A stretch of 32,000 nucleotides of DNA from Nocardioidaceae bacterium (GCA_035690495.1 DASSKK010000067.1:1-32000); one strand, 5' to 3'. Shown: positions 7,580-16,164, numbered from the stretch's first letter. A program made the numbers and translations. Notes: generated by a model not told the origin, from the sequence alone.

Positions 7580-8399
7580 GACTGCGACTGCGGCGCGGCG
7601 GCGGGTCCAGGTGTCGGGGCCGGTGCTGTTCGCCCGATACGCGTTCCCCCCGAACTCGCACGGCTTCTGCGGACCGAACGACTTCCACGCGTTCTTCGAG
7701 TACGGCGTCGCCGGCGCCGGAGGCGAGGCGGACAACGGCCTGCGGGCGATGTCCCAGCAGTTTGCCGGCGCCTGGCCCTATCTCCAGCTGATCGCCGACT
7801 CGACCGGGCTGCCCGATCCTCTCGACCGGCGCGTCGTCGAGGCGTACTGGGTCGGCAGCCGGCGCCTGGACATGGTCTCCACCCGCGCGGTGGGTGACTC
7901 GATGCAGGAGCGGTTCCGGCACATGGTCGGGCCGCGGTTCGGGGACCTGACCGAGAGCGTGCTGGCCGGCGGAGTGCCGCACCACAGCTTTGCGGTGTTC
8001 TGCATCTACCCATGGACCGGGCTGCTCAGCGACCGCCGGAAGGCTCCGCAGGCGTTGACCGTGCTGGACCGCTGCCGGATCCGCTGGGGACGGGTGCTTG
8101 CCGTGGACGGGGACCAAGTCGTCGTCGAGTCGCGGGCGCTGACCTGGGACGGCCGGTGTCTCGGCATCGGCGAGCCGGCCAAGGAGACCGTCGTACGCGC
8201 CGTGGACGGCGTCGGCATGGTCGACCCGCCGGAGGTCGGGGACTGGGTGTCGCTGCACTGGGAGTGGGTGTGCGACCGGCTGACCGAAGCCCAGGTCGCC
8301 CAGCTCAAGGCCTTCACGATGCGGCACCTGAAGATCGTCAACGGCGGCAACCTGCACTCCGCCGGCTCACGCGGACCCGCCGCCCTCCTCGAAAGTTGA
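7572..8399 (+). CDS. Conserved hypothetical protein (275 aa). N-terminal domain unknown, C-terminal half HypC-like.
   Basis: ATG 7572 overlaps the hypC 3' end by 8 nt. The C-terminal segment DRCRIRWGRVLAVDGDQVVVE...GDWVSLHWEWVCDRLTEAQ parallels HypC MCLGIPGQVVAI...GDWVLIHMGFAMEVVDEQ. Confidence 0.75.
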   Translation: MIETATAARRRVQVSGPVLFARYAFPPNSHGFCGPNDFHAFFEYGVAGAGGEADNGLRAMSQQFAGAWPYLQLIADSTGLPDPLDRRVVEAYWVGSRRLDMVSTRAVGDSMQERFRHMVGPRFGDLTESVLAGGVPHHSFAVFCIYPWTGLLSDRRKAPQALTVLDRCRIRWGRVLAVDGDQVVVESRALTWDGRCLGIGEPAKETVVRAVDGVGMVDPPEVGDWVSLHWEWVCDRLTEAQVAQLKAFTMRHLKIVNGGNLHSAGSRGPAALLES

Positions 8400-8419
8400 T
8401 CGGGGTCGCGCCGGAGGAA

Positions 8420-8503
8420 GTTGAGTTTTGCCTCGTTCGGCACCGAGATGCGCCTCGTTCCGGAACGGGACGCAACTCAACACGGAATGAGGCACAACTC
8501 AAC
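8420..8503. terminator. 84-bp structured element between convergent operons: a 19-bp imperfect inverted repeat enclosing an inner hairpin
   Basis: GTTGAGTTTTGCCTCGTTC (8420-8438) pairs with GAATGAGGCACAACTCAAC (8485-8503), with 1 mismatch and 1 G-T. The inner hairpin at 8451-8474 contains the palindrome CGTTCCGGAACG. Half-sites are duplicated: AACTCAAC at 8474-8481 and 8496-8503, GCCTCGTTC at 8430-8438 and 8452-8460. Local GC is lower than the flanks. Confidence 0.5.
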
Positions 8504-9473
8504 GGGCCGGCCAGGACTCCTTCAACGTCCACGTCACCGCCTCGCCCGGACGGTGCCGAGGCGGCCCCGATTCGCGGACCAACAGCCGGCCGACCTCGGT
8601 GTCGAGGACGTAGTCCGAGTGCGGCCCACGGAACCAGACCGCTACTACGCGGCCGGACCGGTCGCCGTCCAGCCGCGCCCACTCGGGGCGCACCAGCACC
8701 GTCCCGCTCGGTTCGGCCAGCTCGGAGACCTGGCCGGTCAGCCGGGCCGCCCAGGCGTCGACCGGCCGGTGGTAGACCTCCTCGGGCGTGCCGACCTGGA
8801 CGAGCCGGCCCTCCGACAGCAGCGCCACCCGGTCCGCGAGCCCGAGCGCCTCCTGCGCGTCGTGGGTCGCGTAGAGCGCCGCGGCACCGGTCTCTCGGCG
8901 ACGGGTGCGCAGGTCGTCGAGGAACAGATCGCGCAGATGCGTGTCGAGGTGGGCGGTGGGTTCGTCGAAGAGGTACAGGTCGGCCTGTCGCGCGAGTGCC
9001 CGACCGAGGCCCACCCGCTGCTGCTCCCCTCCGGACAGCTCGGCCGGCCGGCGGTGCGCCAGGTGTGCGACGTGCAGCCGTTCCAGGATCTCCCGCGCCT
9101 CCTCGTGCGCCTGTGCACGGGAGATCCCGCGCCGACGGGCCGGGTAGGCGACGATCTCCAGCGCGGTCAGGTGCGGCCACAGCGCATAGCTCTGGAAGAC
9201 CATCGCCACCTCACGCCGTTCCGGCGGCTCTGCGGAGTGCGCGGAGGCAACCCTGCTGCCGCGCAGCCACACCTCCCCCTCGGTCGGCGTCTGGAAGCCG
9301 GCCACCGTGTGCAGCAACGTGGACTTCCCCGAGCCGGACGGACCGAGCAGCGCCACCAGCTCCCCGGCCCCGACCTCGAGGCGTACGCCGCACAGCGCGG
9401 CCCCGTCGCCGGTTCCGTCGTACCGCACCGTCAGATCGCGCAGCTCCAGGGCCGCCGCGGGCTCAGCGGACAT
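8499..9473 (-). CDS. ABC transporter ATP-binding protein (FbpC/PotA-like importer ATPase)
   Basis: Walker A GPSGSGKST, signature LSGGEQQRV, Walker B LYLFDEP, plus a C-terminal regulatory/TOBE-like extension. Confidence 0.93.
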   Translation of the reverse strand: MSAEPAAALELRDLTVRYDGTGDGAALCGVRLEVGAGELVALLGPSGSGKSTLLHTVAGFQTPTEGEVWLRGSRVASAHSAEPPERREVAMVFQSYALWPHLTALEIVAYPARRRGISRAQAHEEAREILERLHVAHLAHRRPAELSGGEQQRVGLGRALARQADLYLFDEPTAHLDTHLRDLFLDDLRTRRRETGAAALYATHDAQEALGLADRVALLSEGRLVQVGTPEEVYHRPVDAWAARLTGQVSELAEPSGTVLVRPEWARLDGDRSGRVVAVWFRGPHSDYVLDTEVGRLLVRESGPPRHRPGEAVTWTLKESWPAR

Positions 9474-11133
9474 CAGGCACCCCGACGCTGCGTCTGACCC
9501 GGGAGACCAGCCACCACAGCACGGCGGCCAGCACCAGCACGAGCAGGGTGAGCAGCACCGACAGGGCCGCGGTGAGCCCGACCTGGCCGAGCTCCTCGCT
9601 GTTGAGCACCACCACGGCCAGCGTCTCGTTGCCGGGGCCGTAGAGCAGGCTGGACATGGTCACCTCGTGCAGACCAGTGAGGAAGCAGACCAGCCATCCG
9701 GCGAGCAGTGCGGGCGCCAGAGGACGAAGCAGCACGGTGCGCAGCGCCACCCACGACGTGGCGCCGCTGACCCGGGAGGCATGCGTCTCCTCGGGCGGCA
9801 ACCGGTCCAGTGCACCGGACACCGGGCGGTGCGCCAGCGCCCACAGCTTGGCCAGGTAGGCGAGGCCGATGATCAGCAGGCTGCCTCCGATCCAACGGCC
9901 GTAGCCGATCAGCAGACCCACGGCGAGCGTGGATCCGGGCAGCACGAAGGTGAGCGCGACCAAGGTGCCCGCCGCGCGACCGGCCCGGTCGCGCTCGAGC
10001 AACGCGACCACTCCGCCCAGAACGGCCAGCACGGACGCGGCCACCAGGGCGAGCACCATGCTGCGCCCGAGCGCCTCGCCGTTGCGGGCGGTCAGCACCG
10101 CGGTGAAGTTGGCCAGCGTCCAGTTCGAGGGCACCGGTAGCACGCCGACCGCGCGGGTCACCGCGGTGGCGAGCAGTGCAAGCAAGGGGATGCCGACCGC
10201 CACCGCCAGGTAGCACCACATCATCGTCGCGGCGAGCCGGCCCGCGACCCGGCCGCCCGGGGCCGCGCCCAGGCTCCCACCCGACGTACGAGTCGTCCGC
10301 AGCCCCGGCGTCAGCAAGGCATCGGCGGGTCCCACCACTGCGGCCGCGATCAGCACCAGGACCAGCGCCAACGTCACCGCCGCGACGAAGGAGGCGGGAT
10401 CGCTGCTGCTTGCGAGGTCGGCGTAGATGCGAGTGGTGACGGTGTGCACGCCGGTGGCGCTGCCGAGGATCTCCGGGATGGCGAACGCGCCCAACGCCAG
10501 CACGAAGACCACGGTCGCGGCCATCGCCAGCGAGGGCGCCAGCAACGGCATCGTGATCGTGCGCAGCACCGTCCAGGGCCGGGCGCCCGCAGCACGCGCA
10601 GCCCACTCGAGATCGGACTCGGCGCGGGCGGACAGTCCCGAGACGGTCAGCAGGTAGGCGACCGGTGCCGCATTGACCGCGAGTACGACGGTGACCCCGG
10701 CCAGGCTCTGCACGCCCGGCCACGACCAGCCGATCAGGTCGTCGACGAAGCCCGAACGGCCGAAAGCCGCCAGCCAGCTGAAGCCGAGCACGAAGTCCGG
10801 AACCAGCACCGGCAGCAGGACCGCGACGCGAAGCGCCGTACGGGTCGGCACATGAGAGCCTCGCAGAGCGACTGCGAACGCGGCCCCGACCGGCACCGCC
10901 AGCGCCGTCACGGCTGCCGCCACGATCAAGGAGGTGCCGATGGCCGAGCCGAACCCGGGGGCGGTCAGCACGGCACCGACCCGGCCTCCGGCGTCGACGG
11001 TTACGGTCCGCACCATCGCGGCCAGCGGCACCACCACCAGCGCCAGCACCGCCACGACGACGACCGCGAGCAGCGCCCACCGGGCCCGGGCCTGCTCGAA
11101 GACCGGCGGCGCGACGCTGCGGCGGCCGCCCAC
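9463..11133 (-). CDS. ABC transporter permease, fused two-domain type (Fe(III)-type FbpB-like)
   Basis: 556 aa, very hydrophobic, with two repeated permease halves. GTG 11133 abuts the stop of the binding-protein gene. Its 3' end overlaps the ATPase start by 11 nt. Confidence 0.9.
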   Translation of the reverse strand: MGGRRSVAPPVFEQARARWALLAVVVVAVLALVVVPLAAMVRTVTVDAGGRVGAVLTAPGFGSAIGTSLIVAAAVTALAVPVGAAFAVALRGSHVPTRTALRVAVLLPVLVPDFVLGFSWLAAFGRSGFVDDLIGWSWPGVQSLAGVTVVLAVNAAPVAYLLTVSGLSARAESDLEWAARAAGARPWTVLRTITMPLLAPSLAMAATVVFVLALGAFAIPEILGSATGVHTVTTRIYADLASSSDPASFVAAVTLALVLVLIAAAVVGPADALLTPGLRTTRTSGGSLGAAPGGRVAGRLAATMMWCYLAVAVGIPLLALLATAVTRAVGVLPVPSNWTLANFTAVLTARNGEALGRSMVLALVAASVLAVLGGVVALLERDRAGRAAGTLVALTFVLPGSTLAVGLLIGYGRWIGGSLLIIGLAYLAKLWALAHRPVSGALDRLPPEETHASRVSGATSWVALRTVLLRPLAPALLAGWLVCFLTGLHEVTMSSLLYGPGNETLAVVVLNSEELGQVGLTAALSVLLTLLVLVLAAVLWWLVSRVRRSVGVPDVR

Positions 11134-12135
11134 CTATCTTCCGCCGAAGATCGACTGGTACTGCCGCAGCACCTTGTCCTTGCTGTGCGAGAGCTTCATC
11201 CAGTCCGGCGAGACGATCTTCGCGTCGGCCGGTTCGGTCGGCCCCGGCACTCCGGCCAGCGTCGGGTAGGAGCCGGAGTCCGCGATCACCGTCTGGCCCT
11301 GCTTGCTGGTCACGTAGCTGCAGAAAGACTTGGCGGCCTTGTTGTCCGCCGAGTGCTTGGCCAAGGCGATCGGACCGTAGATCGCGACCGATCCGGGATC
11401 CGGCCACGTCACGGCGATCGGCGAGCCGCTCTGCTTGGCGGCGTAGGCGGAGTTGGCGATCGTGATCCCGGCCTTGTAGGTGCCCTGCGCGACGCCGTTG
11501 ACCACGTCGGTGGGCGTGCTCAGCTGGGTGCCGCCGTTCTTCTTCAGCGTCGCGTAGAAGTCCAGTCCGTACGACGGATCGGCCGCGAAGTACCCGAGCG
11601 CGCCGAGCGCCGAGGCCGCGATGTTCGGGTCGGGGACGGCCACCGACCCGTCGTACCTCGCATCCGTCAGGTCCTTCCACGACGCCGGCGGCGCGACGCC
11701 CTCGTGGGTGACCGCGACCATGTAGAGCAGCGCCACACCGACGTAGTGGTCGGTGCGGTACTCCTCGGGGATGTCGGTGGCGGGCGTCCAGTCGCCGATC
11801 AGCCCCTGGCCGACGTAGTCCTGCATGGTCAAGGGGTCGCAGGCCCAGATCGCGTCCGCGCGCAGGCCTCCGGAGCGGATGTCGCCGGCGATGCGGGCGT
11901 TCAGGTCACCCGTGGGTGCGCGGTAGAGCTTGACCTGCATGCCCGGATGCGCCTTCTCGAAGGCCTTGATGACCGGGTTGATGGTGGTGTCGCTGACACA
12001 GGTGTAGAGCGTGAAGGACTTCGCCGACCCGGATCCCCCGGCTGTGCCCGGGCCTCCGGTGCCGCTGCCGCATCCGGCGACCGCCAGCAGCAGCACTGCC
12101 AGGATCGATACCCACACCTTCCGCGTAGTCCCCAT
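11134..12135 (-). CDS. ABC transporter substrate-binding lipoprotein (family-1 / Fe(III)-binding type)
   Basis: Signal peptide with lipobox LAVAGC, followed by a Gly/Ser linker. The periplasmic-binding-protein-like body includes FTLYTCVSDTTINPVIKAFEKAHPGMQVKLY. Confidence 0.9.
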   Translation of the reverse strand: MGTTRKVWVSILAVLLLAVAGCGSGTGGPGTAGGSGSAKSFTLYTCVSDTTINPVIKAFEKAHPGMQVKLYRAPTGDLNARIAGDIRSGGLRADAIWACDPLTMQDYVGQGLIGDWTPATDIPEEYRTDHYVGVALLYMVAVTHEGVAPPASWKDLTDARYDGSVAVPDPNIAASALGALGYFAADPSYGLDFYATLKKNGGTQLSTPTDVVNGVAQGTYKAGITIANSAYAAKQSGSPIAVTWPDPGSVAIYGPIALAKHSADNKAAKSFCSYVTSKQGQTVIADSGSYPTLAGVPGPTEPADAKIVSPDWMKLSHSKDKVLRQYQSIFGGR

Positions 12136-12166
12136 TCTTCCAACCTACGCACGCGCGCCCGGACTG

Positions 12167-12676
12167 TCACGGGTCAGCGAACAGACCCCGCACGTACGCC
12201 GCCTGGCCGACATGCTGGGTGTCGTCGTCGACCACGCTGACCAACCGGACCGCCAACGTCACGGGCGGATCCCACCGCTCGTCGACGACGGCGGCGAGAT
12301 CCTCGTCGGTGAGCGACCCGAGGTAGGCGACGGTCTGCGCGTGCGTGGCGTCGTGGTAGTCCGCGAGCAGGTCGGCTGACGCGCGTACGGCGCCCACCTC
12401 GTCACTGCTCTGCCCGTAGCCGGTGGCGCCGGCGTCGAACGGCAGGCCGAACCGGTCCGCCCAACCGTCGGCGTGCCACACCTGGTTACGCTCTGCGACC
12501 TCGGCGACGTGACTGTCCTGCACGCGGGTCAGGTGCCAGACCAGCCAGGCGATCGAGTTGGCCTGCTCGTCCGGGCGGAGGGCCAACTGGTCCTCGGTGA
12601 GCCCTTGCACCGCCGCGTGCACGTTCTCCCGCACCCGGCCGAAGGCGTCTACGAGCAGGTCGGTGGCCGTGCTCAT
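12167..12676 (-). CDS. DinB-family (DinB_2 / mycothiol-transferase-like) protein
   Basis: The true start is ATG 12676 (MSTATDLLVDAFGRVRENVH...). SIAWLVWHLTRVQDSHV is a typical DinB helix with metal-binding His. The 71-aa N-terminal extension in the track is Arg-rich junk overlapping doxX. Confidence 0.85.
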   Translation of the reverse strand: MSTATDLLVDAFGRVRENVHAAVQGLTEDQLALRPDEQANSIAWLVWHLTRVQDSHVAEVAERNQVWHADGWADRFGLPFDAGATGYGQSSDEVGAVRASADLLADYHDATHAQTVAYLGSLTDEDLAAVVDERWDPPVTLAVRLVSVVDDDTQHVGQAAYVRGLFADP

Positions 12677-13176
12677 GCTGCAGCCGGTGGGGCCGCCCGG
12701 TGCCCGACCTCGACGACGGCGGTGGACGCGGCAGCGCCGAGCGCGAGTGCGCCCAGCCCCCAGCCGGCGCCGGACCGTTCGGTGCCGATCACGTGGTCGA
12801 CCGAGATGCTGCCCGGCCCCTCCTCGGCGAGCATGGCCAGGGCGGCGATCAGCACCGCGTTGAACTCCCAGCCGCGGTTGGCGTTCCACGGCCCGTTCGG
12901 CCAGTGGACCTTGCGGATCGCGGTGGTCATCACGCCGATCAACGCCGCGCTGGCCAGAGGGGTGGCCGCGCCCAGCGCGAGCAGCGCGCCTCCGGCTGTC
13001 TCGGTGATCGCCGCGGCCAGGGCGTTCTCACGCGGCGGATGAAGGTTCAGCGAGCCCATCATCTGCTCGGTGCCGTCCAGGCCCGGACCGCCGAAGGCGC
13101 CCTGGAGCTTCTGCAGCCCGTGGCCGACGAACAGCCCCCCGATCACCCCGCGTGCGACCAGTCGTGTCAGGCCCAT
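12673..13176 (-). CDS. DoxX-family membrane protein
   Basis: LVARGVIGGLFVGHGLQKL with four hydrophobic segments. Its stop overlaps the DinB start (ATGA). Confidence 0.85.
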   Translation of the reverse strand: MGLTRLVARGVIGGLFVGHGLQKLQGAFGGPGLDGTEQMMGSLNLHPPRENALAAAITETAGGALLALGAATPLASAALIGVMTTAIRKVHWPNGPWNANRGWEFNAVLIAALAMLAEEGPGSISVDHVIGTERSGAGWGLGALALGAAASTAVVEVGHRAAPPAAA

Positions 13177-13225
13177 GAGTGCTCCGTTCCGTGTGGTGTG
13201 CGTGCCTCATCCCGTGCCCACCCCG

Positions 13226-13289
13226 CCGGTTCGCAAACCGGCCGTCGGGCCATCCCGCACAAGTATGTAAGCGCTGTTATATTGCCTTG
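13226..13289. promoter_or_regulatory. Divergent doxX/marR control region: inverted repeat CCGGTTcgcaAACCGG (13226-13241) and a -10-like TATATT (13278-13283)
   Basis: A 6-4-6 palindrome is seen directly. TATATT ends 6 nt before GTG 13290, so the marR mRNA may be leaderless. Confidence 0.3.
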
Positions 13290-13778
13290 GTGAGCCTGCG
13301 CGATGACCTGCCCAGCCGGTGGCGGCCACTGTTCGCCGCGTTCCGTGCGATCGACGACCAGATCGCCGAGGCGTACGCGCGACTCGGCGTCGAGGGCGTG
13401 CGGCCACGCTTCAGCATGGCGCTGATGTTCCTGGACTCGGTCGGCCCGATGACGATCCGCCGCCTGGCCGACGAGTGCGGCGTCACGCACTCGGCGATGA
13501 GCCAGTCGGTGAGCGCGATGCGCAAGGCGGAGCTGGTCACCTCGGCTCGCGGTTCCGACGCTCGCAGCCGCCTGGTGAGCCTGACCGACGAGGGTCGTGC
13601 GGTGGTGCCATTGCTGCGCGCCGAGTGGGAGGCGACCGAGCAGGCGATCGCCGAGCTCGAGGACGAGCTGCCCTACCCGCCCTCGCGGATCGCCGACGAC
13701 CTCGCCCACGCGCTGGCCGCCCGGTCCTTCGCCGACCGGCTGCTCGCACATCTCGACGTACGCCGCCCGAGGGACTGA
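13290..13778 (+). CDS. MarR-family transcriptional regulator
   Basis: Winged-helix region PMTIRRLADECGVTHSAMSQSVSAMRKAELVTSARGSDARSRLVSLTDEG. GTG 13290 is chosen because the upstream part of ORF 13179.. covers the AT-richer promoter. Confidence 0.85.
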   Translation: MSLRDDLPSRWRPLFAAFRAIDDQIAEAYARLGVEGVRPRFSMALMFLDSVGPMTIRRLADECGVTHSAMSQSVSAMRKAELVTSARGSDARSRLVSLTDEGRAVVPLLRAEWEATEQAIAELEDELPYPPSRIADDLAHALAARSFADRLLAHLDVRRPRD

Positions 13779-13784
13779 GCGCAC

Positions 13785-15053
13785 TTGCTGCGCAGCCTCC
13801 TCCTCGACCTGCGTCCTTTGGAGACCCGGGCCTTCCGGCACTGGTGGCTGGGCTCGGCGCTGTCCATGTTCGGCACCCAGCTCACGTCCTTCGCGTTGCT
13901 GTACTACGTGTGGGTGCGCACCCACGATGCCGCGTTGGTCGGCGCAGTGGCAGTCGCCGAGGCGGTCGCCACGATCGGGGCTGCGCTGTTCGGCGGCTCG
14001 CTGGCCGATCGCCTGGACCGCCACCGCGTCGTCCTGCTCAACCGATCCGGCCAGCTCGCGAGCTCGCTGGCGCTGGCGGGCATCGTGGTGGTTCCGACCA
14101 GGGCGACGATCCCGCTGGTTTTCGTCCTGGTCGCGGTCTCGTCCGGGTTCGGCGCGTTGGGCGCACCAGCGAACCGCTCGTTCCCGGCGCTCCTGCTGCC
14201 GCCCCGGCATCTCGCCGCGGGACTGGCCCTGAACCGGGTGGCGGGCCAGCTCAGCCTGCTGACCGGACCGCTGCTGGCCGGTGCGATCAGCGCCGCCTGG
14301 GGAGTGCAGGTCTGCTTCCTCATCGACGCCGGGACTTTCGCCGTCGCGCTCCTCTCGCTTCTCGCCGTACCTGCCCTGCCTCCCGGCGACGACGGAGCGA
14401 CCGGTCCGCGGTTGCGCGGGATCCGCGGCGGCGTACGCCTCGTCGTCGGCTCCCCGGTCCTGCTGGGAGCATTCGCCACCGACATCGCCGCAACCGTGCT
14501 CGCCATGCCGGTTGCCCTCTTCCCGGTCATCAACGACCAGGAGTACGGCGGGTCCGCCCTCACCCTGGGACTGTTCGCACCGGCGATCGGGCTCGGCGGA
14601 CTGGTGGCCGCTACGCTCTCGGGCCGGGTGACGGCAACCGCGCGGCCGGGGCGGCTGATGCTGGTCTCGGCCGCGGGATGGGCAGCCGCGATCGGGTGCT
14701 TCGGGCTCGGCCACGTGCTGTGGGTCGGACTCGGGTTCCTCGCGATCGCGGGGGCGTGCGACACGGTCACGGTCGTGTCGCGTACGAGCATCGTCCAGCA
14801 CGCCGTACCCGACTCGGTCCGCGGCGGCGTGAACGCCCTCGACTACCTGGTCGGGGTGAGCGGCCCGCAGATGGGCAACTTCAGGGCCGGCCTCGTCGCC
14901 TCGGCGACCTCCGGAGCCACAAGCGCCGCGCTGGGCGGCCTCGCGTCGCTGGCGGCCATCGCCGGGCTGGCCGCCGCACTTCCCGCGCTCAGCCAGGAAC
15001 CCGCACACGCACCCGGGTCAGCGGAAGCGCGGCAAGGGCGAACGCGGCGGTGA
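13785..15053 (+). CDS. MFS transporter (efflux-type, EntS/MFS_3-like), probably co-transcribed with marR
   Basis: About 12 hydrophobic segments. N-terminal FRHWWLGSALSMFGTQLTSFALLYYV. A TTG start lies 6 nt after the marR stop. Confidence 0.85.
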   Translation: MLRSLLLDLRPLETRAFRHWWLGSALSMFGTQLTSFALLYYVWVRTHDAALVGAVAVAEAVATIGAALFGGSLADRLDRHRVVLLNRSGQLASSLALAGIVVVPTRATIPLVFVLVAVSSGFGALGAPANRSFPALLLPPRHLAAGLALNRVAGQLSLLTGPLLAGAISAAWGVQVCFLIDAGTFAVALLSLLAVPALPPGDDGATGPRLRGIRGGVRLVVGSPVLLGAFATDIAATVLAMPVALFPVINDQEYGGSALTLGLFAPAIGLGGLVAATLSGRVTATARPGRLMLVSAAGWAAAIGCFGLGHVLWVGLGFLAIAGACDTVTVVSRTSIVQHAVPDSVRGGVNALDYLVGVSGPQMGNFRAGLVASATSGATSAALGGLASLAAIAGLAAALPALSQEPAHAPGSAEARQGRTRR

Positions 15054-16164
15054 CCAGGAACCCCACGCCGAAGCTCGTCCGGGCGGCGACAAGCCCGACG
15101 AGTACGGCGCCGAGGCCCGTACCTGCGTCGAAACCGACGTTCCAGATCGCGCTGGCCGCGGCGTACTCACTCGCCGCGACTCTGGAGAAGGCAGCCACCA
15201 GGGTGAGGTTCTGCAGACTTCCGTAACCAAGGCCCGCCACCGCCATCGCCGCCAACAGCAATGCCGGGCGGGCACGCTGGCCGGCTCCGAGGAGCGCCAG
15301 CGCGGTGAGCAGCAGGCCGGCGACCGTGACCATCAGCATCGGCGCAAGCATCCGGGCGGCACCATGTCGGTCTGCGACGCGTCCGACCAGCCACCGGCCC
15401 AGCGCGGCGACCAGCCCCAGGACCAGCAGCGCCGTCACCGACAACGCCGTGGAGCCGGTGAACTGGGGCAGGAAGGTCATCAGCGCGCCACCGGCCAACG
15501 TGACCGCGAACAGCACCAGCGCGGGCGGGAGTACGACGCCGAACGAGGCCCACCGTTGGGGCGGGGCTGTGGCGGTCGGCAAGGGACGACCAGGCGCGTG
15601 CAGCACCCGGCCGAGCCGGAGTGCGGCCGGAATGCCCAGCAGCGGCACCGCTCCGATCACGAACACCCACCAGAAGCCGATCCGCTCGGCCACAGCGACG
15701 CTGCTCGGAAGCAGCAGCAGGTTGGGGACCGCGACGCCGAGACCGTAGACGCCAACAGCCTCACCGCGCCGGGCGACTGGCACCAGCTGCGCGACCAGGG
15801 CGCTCCCGGTGACAGTGAGGATCCCGAAGCCGACGCCGCGGACCGCGGACAGGCCCAGCACCGGGGCCAGGCCGTCCGAGAACCCGAGGCACAGCGACGG
15901 TCCACCGAGCAGCAGCATCGACGCCACGAGCGAGGGACCGTGGCCGACGCGGCGCAGCAGCGGCGGAACCAGCGGTTGGGTGGCCACCGTCGAGAGCAGC
16001 AGCACCCCGGTCACCAGTCCGGCGCCGACCGTGCCCTGCCCGCCGTGCACCACCCACAGCGGTGCCACCGAGAACAGCGCCGCATAGCCGCCGAAGCCAG
16101 CCACGGTGAGGAGGGTGAGGGCGAGCATCCCGGGAACGCGCCACACCGGTGACTGCTCACCCAC
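14989..16164 (-). CDS. MFS transporter, last gene of the boxC operon; start uncertain (GTG 16164, GTG 16146 or ATG 16128; the longest ORF reaches 16212)
   Basis: Polytopic hydrophobic protein (LTLLTVAGFGGYAALFSVAPLWV...). GTG 16164 would overlap the acyl-CoA synthetase stop by 8 nt. The 3' end overlaps the convergent MFS gene by 65 nt. Confidence 0.8.
   Translation of the reverse strand: MGEQSPVWRVPGMLALTLLTVAGFGGYAALFSVAPLWVVHGGQGTVGAGLVTGVLLLSTVATQPLVPPLLRRVGHGPSLVASMLLLGGPSLCLGFSDGLAPVLGLSAVRGVGFGILTVTGSALVAQLVPVARRGEAVGVYGLGVAVPNLLLLPSSVAVAERIGFWWVFVIGAVPLLGIPAALRLGRVLHAPGRPLPTATAPPQRWASFGVVLPPALVLFAVTLAGGALMTFLPQFTGSTALSVTALLVLGLVAALGRWLVGRVADRHGAARMLAPMLMVTVAGLLLTALALLGAGQRARPALLLAAMAVAGLGYGSLQNLTLVAAFSRVAASEYAAASAIWNVGFDAGTGLGAVLVGLVAARTSFGVGFLVTAAFALAALPLTRVRVRVPG

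Noticed and set aside
8499-12135. The ABC importer as a dedicated nickel uptake system for the neighbouring hydrogenase
   Set aside because: The architecture (single family-1 lipoprotein, one fused 2x6-TM permease, one PotA/FbpC-like ATPase) is Fe(III)/polyamine/thiamine-like, not NikABCDE or ECF/NiCoT-like. The operon is convergent to the hydrogenase operon, not part of it. The substrate cannot be read from the sequence.
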